Of a stretch of 64,000 nucleotides of DNA, positions 44,401 to 52,500 are shown in pieces. Each line of letters starts with the position of its first letter. The stretch's first letter is position 1. This DNA is from Candidatus Obscuribacteraceae bacterium. Lineage in GTDB: Bacteria > Cyanobacteriota > Vampirovibrionia > Obscuribacterales > Obscuribacteraceae. The stretch spans positions 256,001 through 320,000 of the forward strand of contig JBGAHS010000009.1 of NCBI GenBank assembly GCA_044226015.1, written 5' to 3'. The position numbers and the translations under genes were made by a program. The notes below the pieces were generated by a model. It worked only from the letters and a program-made list of their open reading frames with translations, did no database searches and had not been told where the DNA came from.

Positions 44401-47400
44401 GTCGTCGTGGTCGTCGTCGTCGTCGTTGTGGTCGTCGTAGTTGTAGAGCCGCCTTCCGCTTCTTTTCTCCTTTTTTCTTCTTGCCGTCTCTCTTCTGCAA
44501 TAGCCTGCTGAATGATTGATTCTGAAATAGAGCGACTCAAAACGATTGGAGGATCAGATTTTGGATCTTTGCCATCGCCGCTCACGGGTGGTAATTGTCC
44601 GCCAGGTAATTGTCCACCAGTTGCGGGCACGGGAGTTGCAGGTGCAGGATTCGGATTCGGATTCGGATTCGGATTAGGGCTTGGAGATGGAGTCGCTAAG
44701 CGCCCTTCTTCAGTGGTTTTGGCAGGGTCTTTGACTATGGGGTTGCCTGCCGGGTCCTTGATTACAATGGGGTTGCCTGCCGGGTCTTTAACAACGGGAT
44801 CTTTACCGGGTTCAATTTTTACAACTCCGCTCGGTTTTAATATCGAAGTACCGGTAGGTTCAGGAGTTACAATCGGCACATCAGATCCCTTCGGACCTGG
44901 CACCACCTTTTCACCTGGTAATCCCGGCACAGCCGGCACTGGGTTTTGCGCACCAGGAACCTGGTTTTGTGCTTTGTCACCGGGAACGTCTGGCTTTTGT
45001 CCTGTCTTGTCACCGCCCGGAGATTGAGGCGTCACTGAATCAGGTGATTTCTGATTTCTCCAGCCACCAATATTGATATCATCAACTCTATGTCCTAATC
45101 CACCCGGAACAGGATCAGCAGGCTTTGCCTGAGGATCGGCTTGCTTTTGCGGGTCTGCAGGCTTTTGCTGAACAGTGTCTGGTGGCTTTGATGGATCGGG
45201 GATTTTTGCCGGGTCAGATTTGCCAGGTTCAACTTTTGCCGGATCAACTTTTGGATCTTCAGATTTGCTGCCACCTGTACTCTGTTCTGAATTTCCTTGT
45301 TTCTGTTCTTGTTTTGGTGCTTGAGTATTTCCGTCGCCTGTCGGAGGTGGCGCTTGCTCTGCTTTCTGTGTCCACGTGCGCGCAGCTGCTAGTTGCTGAA
45401 TCTCCTTAAATTGCGGGTTTTGCTCCTGAAGTTCTCTATAGAAATTTGCTGAGCTGAGATCTCTGTCTTTACCTCTTTGCGCTATCATGCGAGAGAATTG
45501 AGCTGCTGAATCTCTATCTGATACCAGATAATCAGCTATAGCTTTTTTGTCTTGGGATGATAGCTGTTTATACAGTTCGTCTCTTGATGATTTAGTATCT
45601 GCTTTAGATAGTTTTTGGTAGAAGTCATCGTAGACTTCCTTTTGTGTTCGCTGTTGCTCTTGTTGTTTAGCACCGCTTTGCTGAGGCTGTTCTTGCTTGC
45701 CTTCGTTCTTCGCACCTTGCTCAATTGATCCGGTTTTGCTGCCTTGTTCTTCGCTACCTTTGGGCGCGGAGTTGCCGCCTTGCTCTCCTTTTGCCGGTTC
45801 GTTTTTGCCGCCTTCTGTTTTTCCGCCGGCTTCGCCTGTTTTGTTTTCTTTATTGCCGGTCTCTCCAGGTCGAGGTGCCGGTACTGGCTCACCAGTGGAG
45901 CCAGTATCACCCTTGGTGCCAGTCGATTCCAACGTTGGGTTTTTGTATGGAACACGGATAGCACCATTTAAGTCAGCGCTATTGGCATCGATAGCTGGGG
46001 CTCCAGCTTGCTTATTATGATATTCGGTATATGCTCGCTTCTCATCTGCACTTGCTGTTGCAAGCCAAGCATCTAAAGCCGAAGATGAACCATTGCTAGT
46101 TTTATCACGAAGTCTATCTACAAAACTATAATCCTTCGCTTCTGTAGCTGCTTTGTACGCTTTGTAGGCTGCCCACTGTTCTTTGCTTGCATTTGCCTGG
46201 AAGTTATTCCAGTTTCGATCGTTTACACGATCAATCATGCTCCAGTCGCCAGCGTCGGTTCTTTCTTTGAAAACTTTGTATCCGTTGGCGATATCAGACC
46301 AGTAATCTTTCGTGCCAGCTCGATACTCTGCTAGCCCGTCATCGGCAGTATTTTTCGGATCGAGCTTGTTCATTCTGGCGAACCAGTCGTCTTGAGTTTC
46401 TTTTGAATAGCGAGAAACGAAACTGAGGTCACCTTCATTTATTCTGTCAATGAAGTCCTTCAGATGACGGCGATCTTCAACTGATGCGTGAGCCTTCCAT
46501 GCGTCATAGTGCTCTTTGTCGAGCAGATAGATATGACTGTAATCACCGGCAGCCACTCTTTCTTGATAGGCATGGTATGAAGCAGCTTCTGCTTTGATAA
46601 GAGGGTCATTAGAATCCTTATATTTTGCAAGAAGTTCGTCTCTCTCTCTTTCTGGAAGACGATTTACAAAACCAAAGTCACCAACAGCCATTTTGAGCTG
46701 CCAGGTTTTATAAATGTCTTTTTCAGTTGGATGACTGTCTAGCCATGCTTGCTTTTCGCCTTTAGACAAAGTGTCAAGGCGCCGAAAATCATCAATATGT
46801 TCTCTGTAGGACTTTAGTTCCTCTGAATATGATTTGAAGTCGGCAGCAACGTTGACTGAAACTTCCTTGCCTTTACTATCAACTCCAAATCGAATGGTGC
46901 CGATGTCTTTTGGCCAGTCTTCTCTGGCTTTATCACGGAGACTTGTAATTTTGTCGGATAGTTCTTTGTCACTAGCGGTTGTCGGCAATTGATATTGCTC
47001 TTTCAAATTGCGTGACATTTCAGCACTGAAAGGAGGTGAAGGATATTTCTTTGACAGATAATCTTCGACGAAACCATAATTTCCAGACTCGACTTTAGAT
47101 CGAAACTCACGCAGTGCCTTGCGGTCTTCGTCAGAAGCGTTCTCCCACCATTTCCGTTGCATCGCTTCGCTTTGTTTTGTTACGAAGCTATAGTCGCCGG
47201 CTTCTTTTCTTTCCTGATAATCTTGGTATTTTTGTCTTTGCTCATCAGTAAATCTTGCTGGATTGAAGATGTTTTCGCGATTGCTACCATGCAATTTTTC
47301 AATGAACGAAAAGTCTCCAGCTTTCATGCGCTGTTGAAATTCGTTGAAAGCTTCTCTGTCCTGTCTGCTTGCATTTTTCCAGAAGGAACCTAAGTTGTCG

Positions 47401-49280
47401 TCATTGATGAAGCTATAGTCACCAGCGGCTTTGGCATCATTGTATTTTTCATACATGTTGAGCTGTGCATCGCTTGCGTTTTCCAACCATTTACGAAGCT
47501 GGTTGCTGTCCATTTTATCGACGTAATCTAGATAGCCAGATTTGTCATTGAGAACGAAGTTGTTGTAAGCGCTCAACTTTTCTGCAACTGTATTGCCGGC
47601 GGCACCATCCTTGCTGCGCAGAAATGCTGCCATGTAGGCATCGTCCGGATTCTTGCCCTTTAGTTCCAGGAGAATCTGCTTGTCCTCTGCCGAAAGCTTT
47701 GGATCTTCAAGAGTTTTCTTTAGCAAGTCTTCGCGCTGTTCTTTTCTTAAAGCTTCAAATTGTGAGCGAGTTTTTCCATAGTCTCCGAGTTCCAGGCGAT
47801 CTTTTTCAGTCAGCCTTTCAATCGGCGGTAATTTTTCAGCACTTTTTTCCAGAGCACCATCTGTGCGCCCGTTATCTCTTGCTACCTTGTCTTGCAAGTA
47901 CTCTTTCTGAGCTGCTGACCAGGGGTTCTCTTTGCTGGCGCGAGCATCAGATGCTTTGTCCCACCAGGCGTCTTTGTTTTGTTCAGTGGACTTCTGGATG
48001 CTATCGAAAAATGCTTTCTTTTGTTCTGCTGAAGCGTGCTTAAACCAATCGCTAGCCTCTTCTTTTGAACCTTTGAGCTGTTTGTCTAAAAGTGCTTTTC
48101 CATATGCTTCGCGGTCTTCTGCGGAGGCAGATTTTAGCCATATATCCAGAGTCTTGTTTGGCAACTGCATGTTTGCAATAGATTCATAGTTGCCAGAATC
48201 TTTAGCTTTCTCTAGTGCTTTTCTAGTTCGATTGTACTGCTCTAGACCTCGAAGCTGGTCGGAGTTTAGGTTGTCGTAGACATATTTGAAATCACCTTTT
48301 CGCGCAGGGTCTTTTGAGTCTTCTGCTCCAATTTTATCGAATACGCTGTAATCGCCTTTGCCTATGGCGTCATGATAGCTTCTGTATGCAGCCAATTGAT
48401 CGGGCGTAGCTGTAGCCATCCATGCGCGCTGCTGTGCCGCGTTCATTTGATCTACCTGCCCGAAATATCCGGTTTTGGTCAATTCCTGGTAGCGCGCATA
48501 GTCATCTTTTAGCTTCGCATTTCTGCCTTCGTTGCCTTTGAAAAATTCCTCACGTTTTTCAGGTGTCATTCGATCGAGAAATGCATAATCATGCATCTCT
48601 ACCATTTCTCGTTGTTCGCGCCAGTCTAGTTCTCCGCGCACTGGTCCAGCTACAAGAGACGCAATTCGAGGTTTGAAACTTCCTTCTTCCGGCGCTGCAT
48701 CTATCGCACCGCTATTGGTGCCATCTGTTTTCGGGGAACTATCACCCATGATGCTTGCGTAAAGTCCTGCAACCTTGTCAATGACACCCATCGTTGTGTC
48801 TGCAATTTTGTTGCCCTGATTTTTCAAGCGCTCTGTGGCTTCTGCGCTTGTACGACTGGATCTGTAAGGCGCTCCATCTACCTGACCCTCTGCGTCAATA
48901 GTATCTACAGAAGGTAGTTGCGCTGCCAACAGACCCTGAGCGGGTTTCTTAGCCGGTTTTTCTGTGTGGTCGGTCGGGTCGGACGAGCCAAATCTGCGTC
49001 CAATTTGACAATGTTTCAAAAAACTTGCGATTGCTAAATCATCAGCGGATTCTTCAAAATATGTACCAGAAGCCTTCTTTGGCTTTTCGCTTCCAGCAGC
49101 AGGAGCGGCTTCTGCACCAACAACAGGAACCTCTGGAAGCTTGCTGGTGTCAGTCTTTGGCTTCGCGAGGTCTTTGTTCACATCTGGGTTCGACAGATCT
49201 ACGTCGAATTTTGGTGCCTCTTGTTCCGGCTGTTTCTTTCCCACTTGTGACTCTGCTGAGTCGTTTTGTTTGTCTGTCAT
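38415..49280 (-). CDS. Giant repeat protein 2 with C-terminal tandem LysM domains and zinc ribbon (3621 aa)
   Basis: Uninterrupted ORF; LysM motifs YVVATGDTLESIA and YLCRLGDTLRGIA; CPQC-x10-CASC; several internal repeat blocks; no N-terminal signal peptide. Confidence 0.92.
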   Translation of the reverse strand: MTDKQNDSAESQVGKKQPEQEAPKFDVDLSNPDVNKDLAKPKTDTSKLPEVPVVGAEAAPAAGSEKPKKASGTYFEESADDLAIASFLKHCQIGRRFGSSDPTDHTEKPAKKPAQGLLAAQLPSVDTIDAEGQVDGAPYRSSRTSAEATERLKNQGNKIADTTMGVIDKVAGLYASIMGDSSPKTDGTNSGAIDAAPEEGSFKPRIASLVAGPVRGELDWREQREMVEMHDYAFLDRMTPEKREEFFKGNEGRNAKLKDDYARYQELTKTGYFGQVDQMNAAQQRAWMATATPDQLAAYRSYHDAIGKGDYSVFDKIGAEDSKDPARKGDFKYVYDNLNSDQLRGLEQYNRTRKALEKAKDSGNYESIANMQLPNKTLDIWLKSASAEDREAYGKALLDKQLKGSKEEASDWFKHASAEQKKAFFDSIQKSTEQNKDAWWDKASDARASKENPWSAAQKEYLQDKVARDNGRTDGALEKSAEKLPPIERLTEKDRLELGDYGKTRSQFEALRKEQREDLLKKTLEDPKLSAEDKQILLELKGKNPDDAYMAAFLRSKDGAAGNTVAEKLSAYNNFVLNDKSGYLDYVDKMDSNQLRKWLENASDAQLNMYEKYNDAKAAGDYSFINDDNLGSFWKNASRQDREAFNEFQQRMKAGDFSFIEKLHGSNRENIFNPARFTDEQRQKYQDYQERKEAGDYSFVTKQSEAMQRKWWENASDEDRKALREFRSKVESGNYGFVEDYLSKKYPSPPFSAEMSRNLKEQYQLPTTASDKELSDKITSLRDKAREDWPKDIGTIRFGVDSKGKEVSVNVAADFKSYSEELKSYREHIDDFRRLDTLSKGEKQAWLDSHPTEKDIYKTWQLKMAVGDFGFVNRLPERERDELLAKYKDSNDPLIKAEAASYHAYQERVAAGDYSHIYLLDKEHYDAWKAHASVEDRRHLKDFIDRINEGDLSFVSRYSKETQDDWFARMNKLDPKNTADDGLAEYRAGTKDYWSDIANGYKVFKERTDAGDWSMIDRVNDRNWNNFQANASKEQWAAYKAYKAATEAKDYSFVDRLRDKTSNGSSSALDAWLATASADEKRAYTEYHNKQAGAPAIDANSADLNGAIRVPYKNPTLESTGTKGDTGSTGEPVPAPRPGETGNKENKTGEAGGKTEGGKNEPAKGEQGGNSAPKGSEEQGSKTGSIEQGAKNEGKQEQPQQSGAKQQEQQRTQKEVYDDFYQKLSKADTKSSRDELYKQLSSQDKKAIADYLVSDRDSAAQFSRMIAQRGKDRDLSSANFYRELQEQNPQFKEIQQLAAARTWTQKAEQAPPPTGDGNTQAPKQEQKQGNSEQSTGGSKSEDPKVDPAKVEPGKSDPAKIPDPSKPPDTVQQKPADPQKQADPQAKPADPVPGGLGHRVDDINIGGWRNQKSPDSVTPQSPGGDKTGQKPDVPGDKAQNQVPGAQNPVPAVPGLPGEKVVPGPKGSDVPIVTPEPTGTSILKPSGVVKIEPGKDPVVKDPAGNPIVIKDPAGNPIVKDPAKTTEEGRLATPSPSPNPNPNPNPNPAPATPVPATGGQLPGGQLPPVSGDGKDPKSDPPIVLSRSISESIIQQAIAEERRQEEKRRKEAEGGSTTTTTTTTTTTTTTTTTTTTPTGTTNPPTGGGKDGGGSQNLDYIKAFEIALKMAEAKAVEARQEQVRHEQVRQEVKQEQIRQEQSKQEYKPEQPKQTNDTLPKQENKIEGDVKVQPESKIQDPAKSQEQNKGQAQDPKTSTSTDAKTQDAQKTSDSAKVTEQNKSVDSVKTVDVIKTADGKLIDAKTGLEIHGKDEQRARDSAASDPVNLGKILSEAKSHIGEAKLGDAKVDAKTGDLKTVDAKTIEGKGIEQNAKDGRLADQSSRNIDAGKLDASGRPIETSKADGKVDGGVLKAAQDRSVDPVTGKPIEGGLKNDGSRVVIDLSGKNTEPNARDSKIVIPEKSGMQTGESLGSTKPISFGEKGSGAVTTGGIIQGRNETPSGKPEKGADIPSDLGGKAGSKDPGIGLSQLGQGNTSNTAGQKPTNDPQGPAATGNQQVGPANLPSVQITGTDPKTGLPVDPKAASNDPKSAQSNDPNATNDPKSHSVDPKTGAQVDPKTGAQIDPKTGAQIDPKTGAQVDPKTGAQIDPKTGAQVDPKTGAQVDPKTGAQIDPKTGAQVDSKTGAQIDPKTGAQVDPKSGAQIDPKSGAQIDPKTGAQFDPKSGAQIDPKSGAQIDPKTGAQIDSKSGAQIDPKTGAQFDPKSGAQIDPKTGTLIDAKASTDSRTLSAPESKSGETKGHQSDLKLPGEQKNTDAKTASTTEGKVIESKAGDSKAGEPRLVDGKTGEKSSSESKPGVDKHGSESKSTQDSKQSDTKAQEIKLGADGKPLPDLKLSSDLDQKTGDNSNQAKLHGIISRTEFIAEPSASSLPIEHIQKEVKEGSFSPRVSEHPESHKNLDGERAHQVTERLDSWSTKVQDLPLPAPQGADKTDTAASHQGAGRPIETGTGPDRIELPVPRQLPDRRDMPVPTHGPDNRDLPPPIHGPEPKELPIPFHGTDRDTQTQPPHVPTDRDSQTQPSRVPTDRDTQTQPTHLPTDRDSQTQPQPVPTDRDSQTQPQPVPTDRDSQTQPSRVPTERDTQTQPTHLPTDRDTQTQPPQVPTDRDTQTQAPQVPTDRDTQTHPTRVPTDRDPHVPTDKDTQTQPQHGPVDRDTDRTPPTPGPTTNDGEQTVPKPDGRPKPPEHPLPDREHHPQQGPDSTPIDKDKTHEPIDLPIPIEKPVNPDIPATSSNHNDESKTPLPGMPVPPEHPPTSLPPQEIPISNQGGHGTNSGTEPGKLEQSPTQSPSSQGLPNTQPAETSTRTDGSHLQTDLEERHTRSHRDDADAAQHEQSQHPTQQAQHPTSEFIVESLLEQFRHQPPHAIPQGGHQAEQAQHGQAENMPLTSAEQIATNLNLIKQLEADQNAISRSEDKHIDVIEQSSQASFQIQNFIAPLIDPVIQRSDFDAPSAHLPIANDAPPLSGSVQEAISHIPPSIKQDLPNTIADALAPMIAENSPAISPIAGEIVNGLVTGNMHGEGTISGAADEISSAGSFINLGEQVAEVISNPSFAEQISALNVADPNQLVEKLEDLDQAMRTQKAKDLETEKDRKEQEDRLREEEAKRYAAAMLAALKARQAQEEANRIKAQKDLLNLERRQNYVVATGDTLESIAQKKLFNKKLAVLIYEINKSRIPVTVRDEKRYLQLKPKLILQLPSQMEVKRFQTRWFGTQQENFEYDFDFEEKPSAKAASVPKQFSIAEQKRKANVEAALGKLPEQEVDDGRIRYLCRLGDTLRGIAMRHPAIKDATLWKLIAELNGLSTEIDMGGNPVAELERGATLILPLPQEIAAFREKQKKISLSLPKPDLANKKKCPQCSRMCRINSPICASCNYEFDGSPKTGQTSSAPIQLAPPVISERIEEDELPAVDDSEDSQYITHSRIFAGARDYLAQAKNTRQTFDEAQTPKSGPSSSPLSQELADDTGSGDRRLTSRENRNQIKDLSNDCRLVSFNNTDGQAGFKLRLEYRRNEYWLPVVLYEVGQDSSLRHEYKMDGTKDTKSIQLPLAQCRQLANNDLNKNWQKYLKVFLQSVSA
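41165..41633. repeat. 39-bp coding tandem repeat, about 12 units (PTDRD[ST]QTQPxxV)
   Basis: Visible in DNA (GAATCCCTGTCCGTCGGTAC...GGCTGTGT) and in the protein; one unit is shortened. Confidence 0.9.
42474..42977. repeat. 24-bp coding tandem repeat, 21 units (DPK[TS]GAQ[IVF])
   Basis: Counted from the translation; DNA unit similar to ATCTGAGCGCCGGTCTTAGGATC with synonymous variation. Confidence 0.95.
44385..44444. repeat. Poly-threonine tract (20 Thr) in giant protein 2
   Basis: 20 consecutive NGT triplets on the + strand (ACN codons on the minus strand), using all four Thr codons. Confidence 0.9.
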
Positions 49281-49795
49281 ATATCATCCAGTGTGCTCGC
49301 CGCTGCGGAATGCACGGCACGGTTGTACGACACCGTCAGACTTCCTTGAACACGTGGGTGGCATGCCAGGAGCTTCCGATAGGGGCACCCGCAGGCGCCT
49401 GTAGTAATTTTTCCACCACCTTAATATGCAATAACATCAATCAGGTTAATTATGATGTCAAGCGGAGCGCCAATCTCAGCCATTTCTAGGATGCAGGAAT
49501 GATCACTCGTTTTTCGGGGTGTCCAAAACAAGTGAGCTCTCAGCGCCTTTTCCGGTAGGAGTCTTTCCTGCTACTCCAGCCTTTGACGCTGCTAAATTGT
49601 CTGTCTTCTGCTTAACGGAGGTCTCAAATGAGTCCCTGCACCAACGCAAGCTAAAAAATGATACGTTACTAATGGAGTATTGTCAATATTTATGGCAACG
49701 AATTGGAAAAATCCGTGTAGTGGCGGCTATCCTTGCGTTGCAAGAACTGTTAGTCTCTTTTAGCTCCTCGTTTGCAGGATAATTCTGTCAGTCTG

Positions 49796-52393
49796 ATGAC
49801 CCTAATTTCCACTAAAACGTCAAAAGAAGAGCACGTTGCACCGAGCATTTACGCTCGGTCAATGTATCTTTTTGAACAGCAGAAGCAAGCTATAAGCGTA
49901 AGAACTGACCGCTTGTTTGCAGCGCTGTTTTTTATTCAGTGGGCAATTGCTATTGGGTGGTCACTTGTTGCTAATCCCCATAACTGGGACGGAACTAGCT
50001 CCAGGGTTTTCATGCACGTGTGGCAGTGCGTCGTACTGGGCGGCGTGATAATTAGTGTCCCTCTGTTTTTCATAAACAAGAAACCGGGCAGCGCCATTAC
50101 GAGGCAAATTGTTGCAGTTGCTCAGATGTTCTGGTCTGGTCTGCTTATTGCAGCTTCGGGCGGAAGAATCGAAACACATTTCCATATTTTTGGCTCTCTG
50201 GCTTTGCTTGCTTTTTATCGAGATTGGAGGCCGTTAGTCACTGCTTCAATCATAACCACGATTGATCATATGGTGAGAGGTGTCTATCTGCCTGATACTA
50301 TCTATGGTGTTAGCTATGCTGAACCATGGCGTTGGGTTGAACATAGTGGATGGGTATTTTTCTGCGATATATTTCTCATAGTTTCAATTAGATATGGGCT
50401 TCGCGACATGCAGTTAAACTGTCAGCGCCAAGCCGAACTAGAGGCTTCAAAAAACTCAGTTGAGCAAGAAGTCATCGCGCGAACTGCTGAGTTGAAGAAA
50501 TCAGAACAAAACTTGCGCGATAGTGAAGCCACATTGCGAGCTATTTTTGAAACAGCTGCCGATTCAATCATCACTATTTCTGAAAACGGCTCAATTGAAA
50601 CTGCTAACCAAACCTGTGAGCAAATGTTTGGCTATCAGTTTCATCAAATATTTGGCAAACACATTTCGTTTCTTATTAGCAAATTTGCTGAGGAAAATTG
50701 CGATCAAGATAGCTGGTCAAAGCTGCGTGATATGGGCAAGTTTCGCACTGAGGCTGTTAGAGTCGAAGGCATGGGCGTCTCGCGTGTTCGCGCTGAATTT
50801 CCAATTGAAATTTCACTGAGCTACGTTGATTTGAAAGGTCGTAAATTAATCACTGCGATAATAAGAGACATTTCTGAACGAAAAGAAGCAGAGAAACGAG
50901 TCTCAGAGTTCTATTCTATTGTTTCGCATGAACTACGCACACCTCTTACTTCCATACGTGGTTCTCTTGGATTGGTTGAAGGCGGACTCACCGGTGAGCT
51001 CACTCCTGAGACAAGCGAATTGGTCGGCATTGCAAGGGAAAGTTGCGATCGACTGATTAGACTTATAAACGACATTCTCGATTTAAAAAAACTCGAGACA
51101 GGAAAATTTGATTTTCATATTGCGGAGATTGACCCTGCGAAGCTGATTCAATCCACAGTCTCATACACGCAGGGAATGGCGAAAGAAAGGAATGTTCGCC
51201 TGGAAGTAGGCTGGATTACGCAACAGCAAGTATCAGCCGATATTGACCGGCTAAATCAGGTTTTGGTTAATCTGGTATCTAACGCAATCAAATTCTCACC
51301 TAAGCATGGAGTGGTCGAGTTAGCTGCTACCACTAGCGATGGCATGGTCAAATTTTCTGTCAGAGACCACGGTAAAGGAATTGCGAAAGACCAGCAACAC
51401 AAGCTGTTCGCCAAGTTTCAACAACTTGACTCTTCTGACCAGCGTCAGCAAGAAGGCACAGGGTTAGGACTGGCAATCTGTAAAGCCATCGTTGAACAAC
51501 ATGCTGGTCTTATCGGGCTAGAATCTGTCGCGGGTGAGGGCGCCACTTTCTGGTTCAAGATTCCGATTGCGGGTAGGGAAAATTTTGCTGCGTCATCAGA
51601 AGAAGCTGGAGTTAGCTATGTGATAGTTATTGAAGATGAAGTCAGCACTGGTGATAAGTTAAGCGATATACTAGGCTCTCACTTGCTATCTGGGCGTTGC
51701 GAAGTCTCTCATGCAATAAGCAGCAGGGAAGCTGCTTACATGATTGCTAAGCAAATTCCAGACCTGGTAATTTTCAACATCTCTGAGCCTGATGAGTCTG
51801 ATTTTGAGCTGCAAGAGCATTTGCGTACCTTGAACTCTGCACATGGTCGCCCTGTGGTTTTGCTTTCTGCACCGGAAAAAGGTTCACCCCCACTCGTTCT
51901 AGATTGGCATACATCGCCGGTTAAGGAAGAACATATTCTCAAGAATGTCAAACGTGCTCTTGAGTCCGGCTCATGCCCTGTCGTACTGGTAGTAGAAGAT
52001 GATTACAGCACCAGAAAAACTGTAGTTCACCAACTTGAATCTCACGGAGTGAAGTGCCTTGAGGCTGCCGATGGAGAGGTTGCTTTGAAGATGGTTGAAA
52101 CGGAATCTCCTCAGTTGATTGTGCTTGACGTGGGTTTGCCCGACATGGATGGATTTCAGTTTGTTCAGCATCTCAAAGAGGGTCACTCAAGCTTGACTCC
52201 ATTATTGATTTACACGGGAAGAGACTTATCCGCTGATGAACGAAAGAAACTCACGATAGGCTTTACTCGCTATTTGACTAAGTCGAAAGCTAGTCAGGAA
52301 GACCTTCTTAGTGCTGTTGATGAACTCCTGCAGCAGATGCAGTCGCGGCTTAAAACAGGGGCAGTTGCCTCAATTTCAGAGCAAAACAAGTAA
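49796..52393 (+). CDS. Hybrid sensor histidine kinase (membrane sensor, PAS, HisKA, HATPase, two receiver domains)
   Basis: Multi-TM N-terminus with IETHFHIF...YRDW; PAS ending RDISERK; H-box SHELRTPL; NLVSNAIKF, DHGKGI, GTGLGL; C-terminal VVEDD...LDVGLP. Start could also be TTG 49772. Confidence 0.95.
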   Translation: MTLISTKTSKEEHVAPSIYARSMYLFEQQKQAISVRTDRLFAALFFIQWAIAIGWSLVANPHNWDGTSSRVFMHVWQCVVLGGVIISVPLFFINKKPGSAITRQIVAVAQMFWSGLLIAASGGRIETHFHIFGSLALLAFYRDWRPLVTASIITTIDHMVRGVYLPDTIYGVSYAEPWRWVEHSGWVFFCDIFLIVSIRYGLRDMQLNCQRQAELEASKNSVEQEVIARTAELKKSEQNLRDSEATLRAIFETAADSIITISENGSIETANQTCEQMFGYQFHQIFGKHISFLISKFAEENCDQDSWSKLRDMGKFRTEAVRVEGMGVSRVRAEFPIEISLSYVDLKGRKLITAIIRDISERKEAEKRVSEFYSIVSHELRTPLTSIRGSLGLVEGGLTGELTPETSELVGIARESCDRLIRLINDILDLKKLETGKFDFHIAEIDPAKLIQSTVSYTQGMAKERNVRLEVGWITQQQVSADIDRLNQVLVNLVSNAIKFSPKHGVVELAATTSDGMVKFSVRDHGKGIAKDQQHKLFAKFQQLDSSDQRQQEGTGLGLAICKAIVEQHAGLIGLESVAGEGATFWFKIPIAGRENFAASSEEAGVSYVIVIEDEVSTGDKLSDILGSHLLSGRCEVSHAISSREAAYMIAKQIPDLVIFNISEPDESDFELQEHLRTLNSAHGRPVVLLSAPEKGSPPLVLDWHTSPVKEEHILKNVKRALESGSCPVVLVVEDDYSTRKTVVHQLESHGVKCLEAADGEVALKMVETESPQLIVLDVGLPDMDGFQFVQHLKEGHSSLTPLLIYTGRDLSADERKKLTIGFTRYLTKSKASQEDLLSAVDELLQQMQSRLKTGAVASISEQNK

Positions 52394-52500
52394 AGATGAT
52401 CAAAGGATGAGAGATTCCAAGAACAGAGTGGGTGACAGGCGTGTCAAAATGCCAACAGTGTTAAATAGTGAATTCGGGCAATTTTTGAAGTATTGAGAGT

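Noticed and set aside
49434..49461. Promoter/operator for giant gene 2 (TTGACA on the minus strand and an ACATCA-N13-TGATGT inverted repeat)
   Set aside because: No convincing -10 at 16-18 bp, and a 6-bp inverted repeat can occur by chance.
20127..49489. Many short overlapping ORFs within the giant genes, including 24321..24710, 24363..25121 and 40994..41710
   Set aside because: Antisense or alternate-frame products of low-complexity and repeated coding sequence, with no independent protein features.
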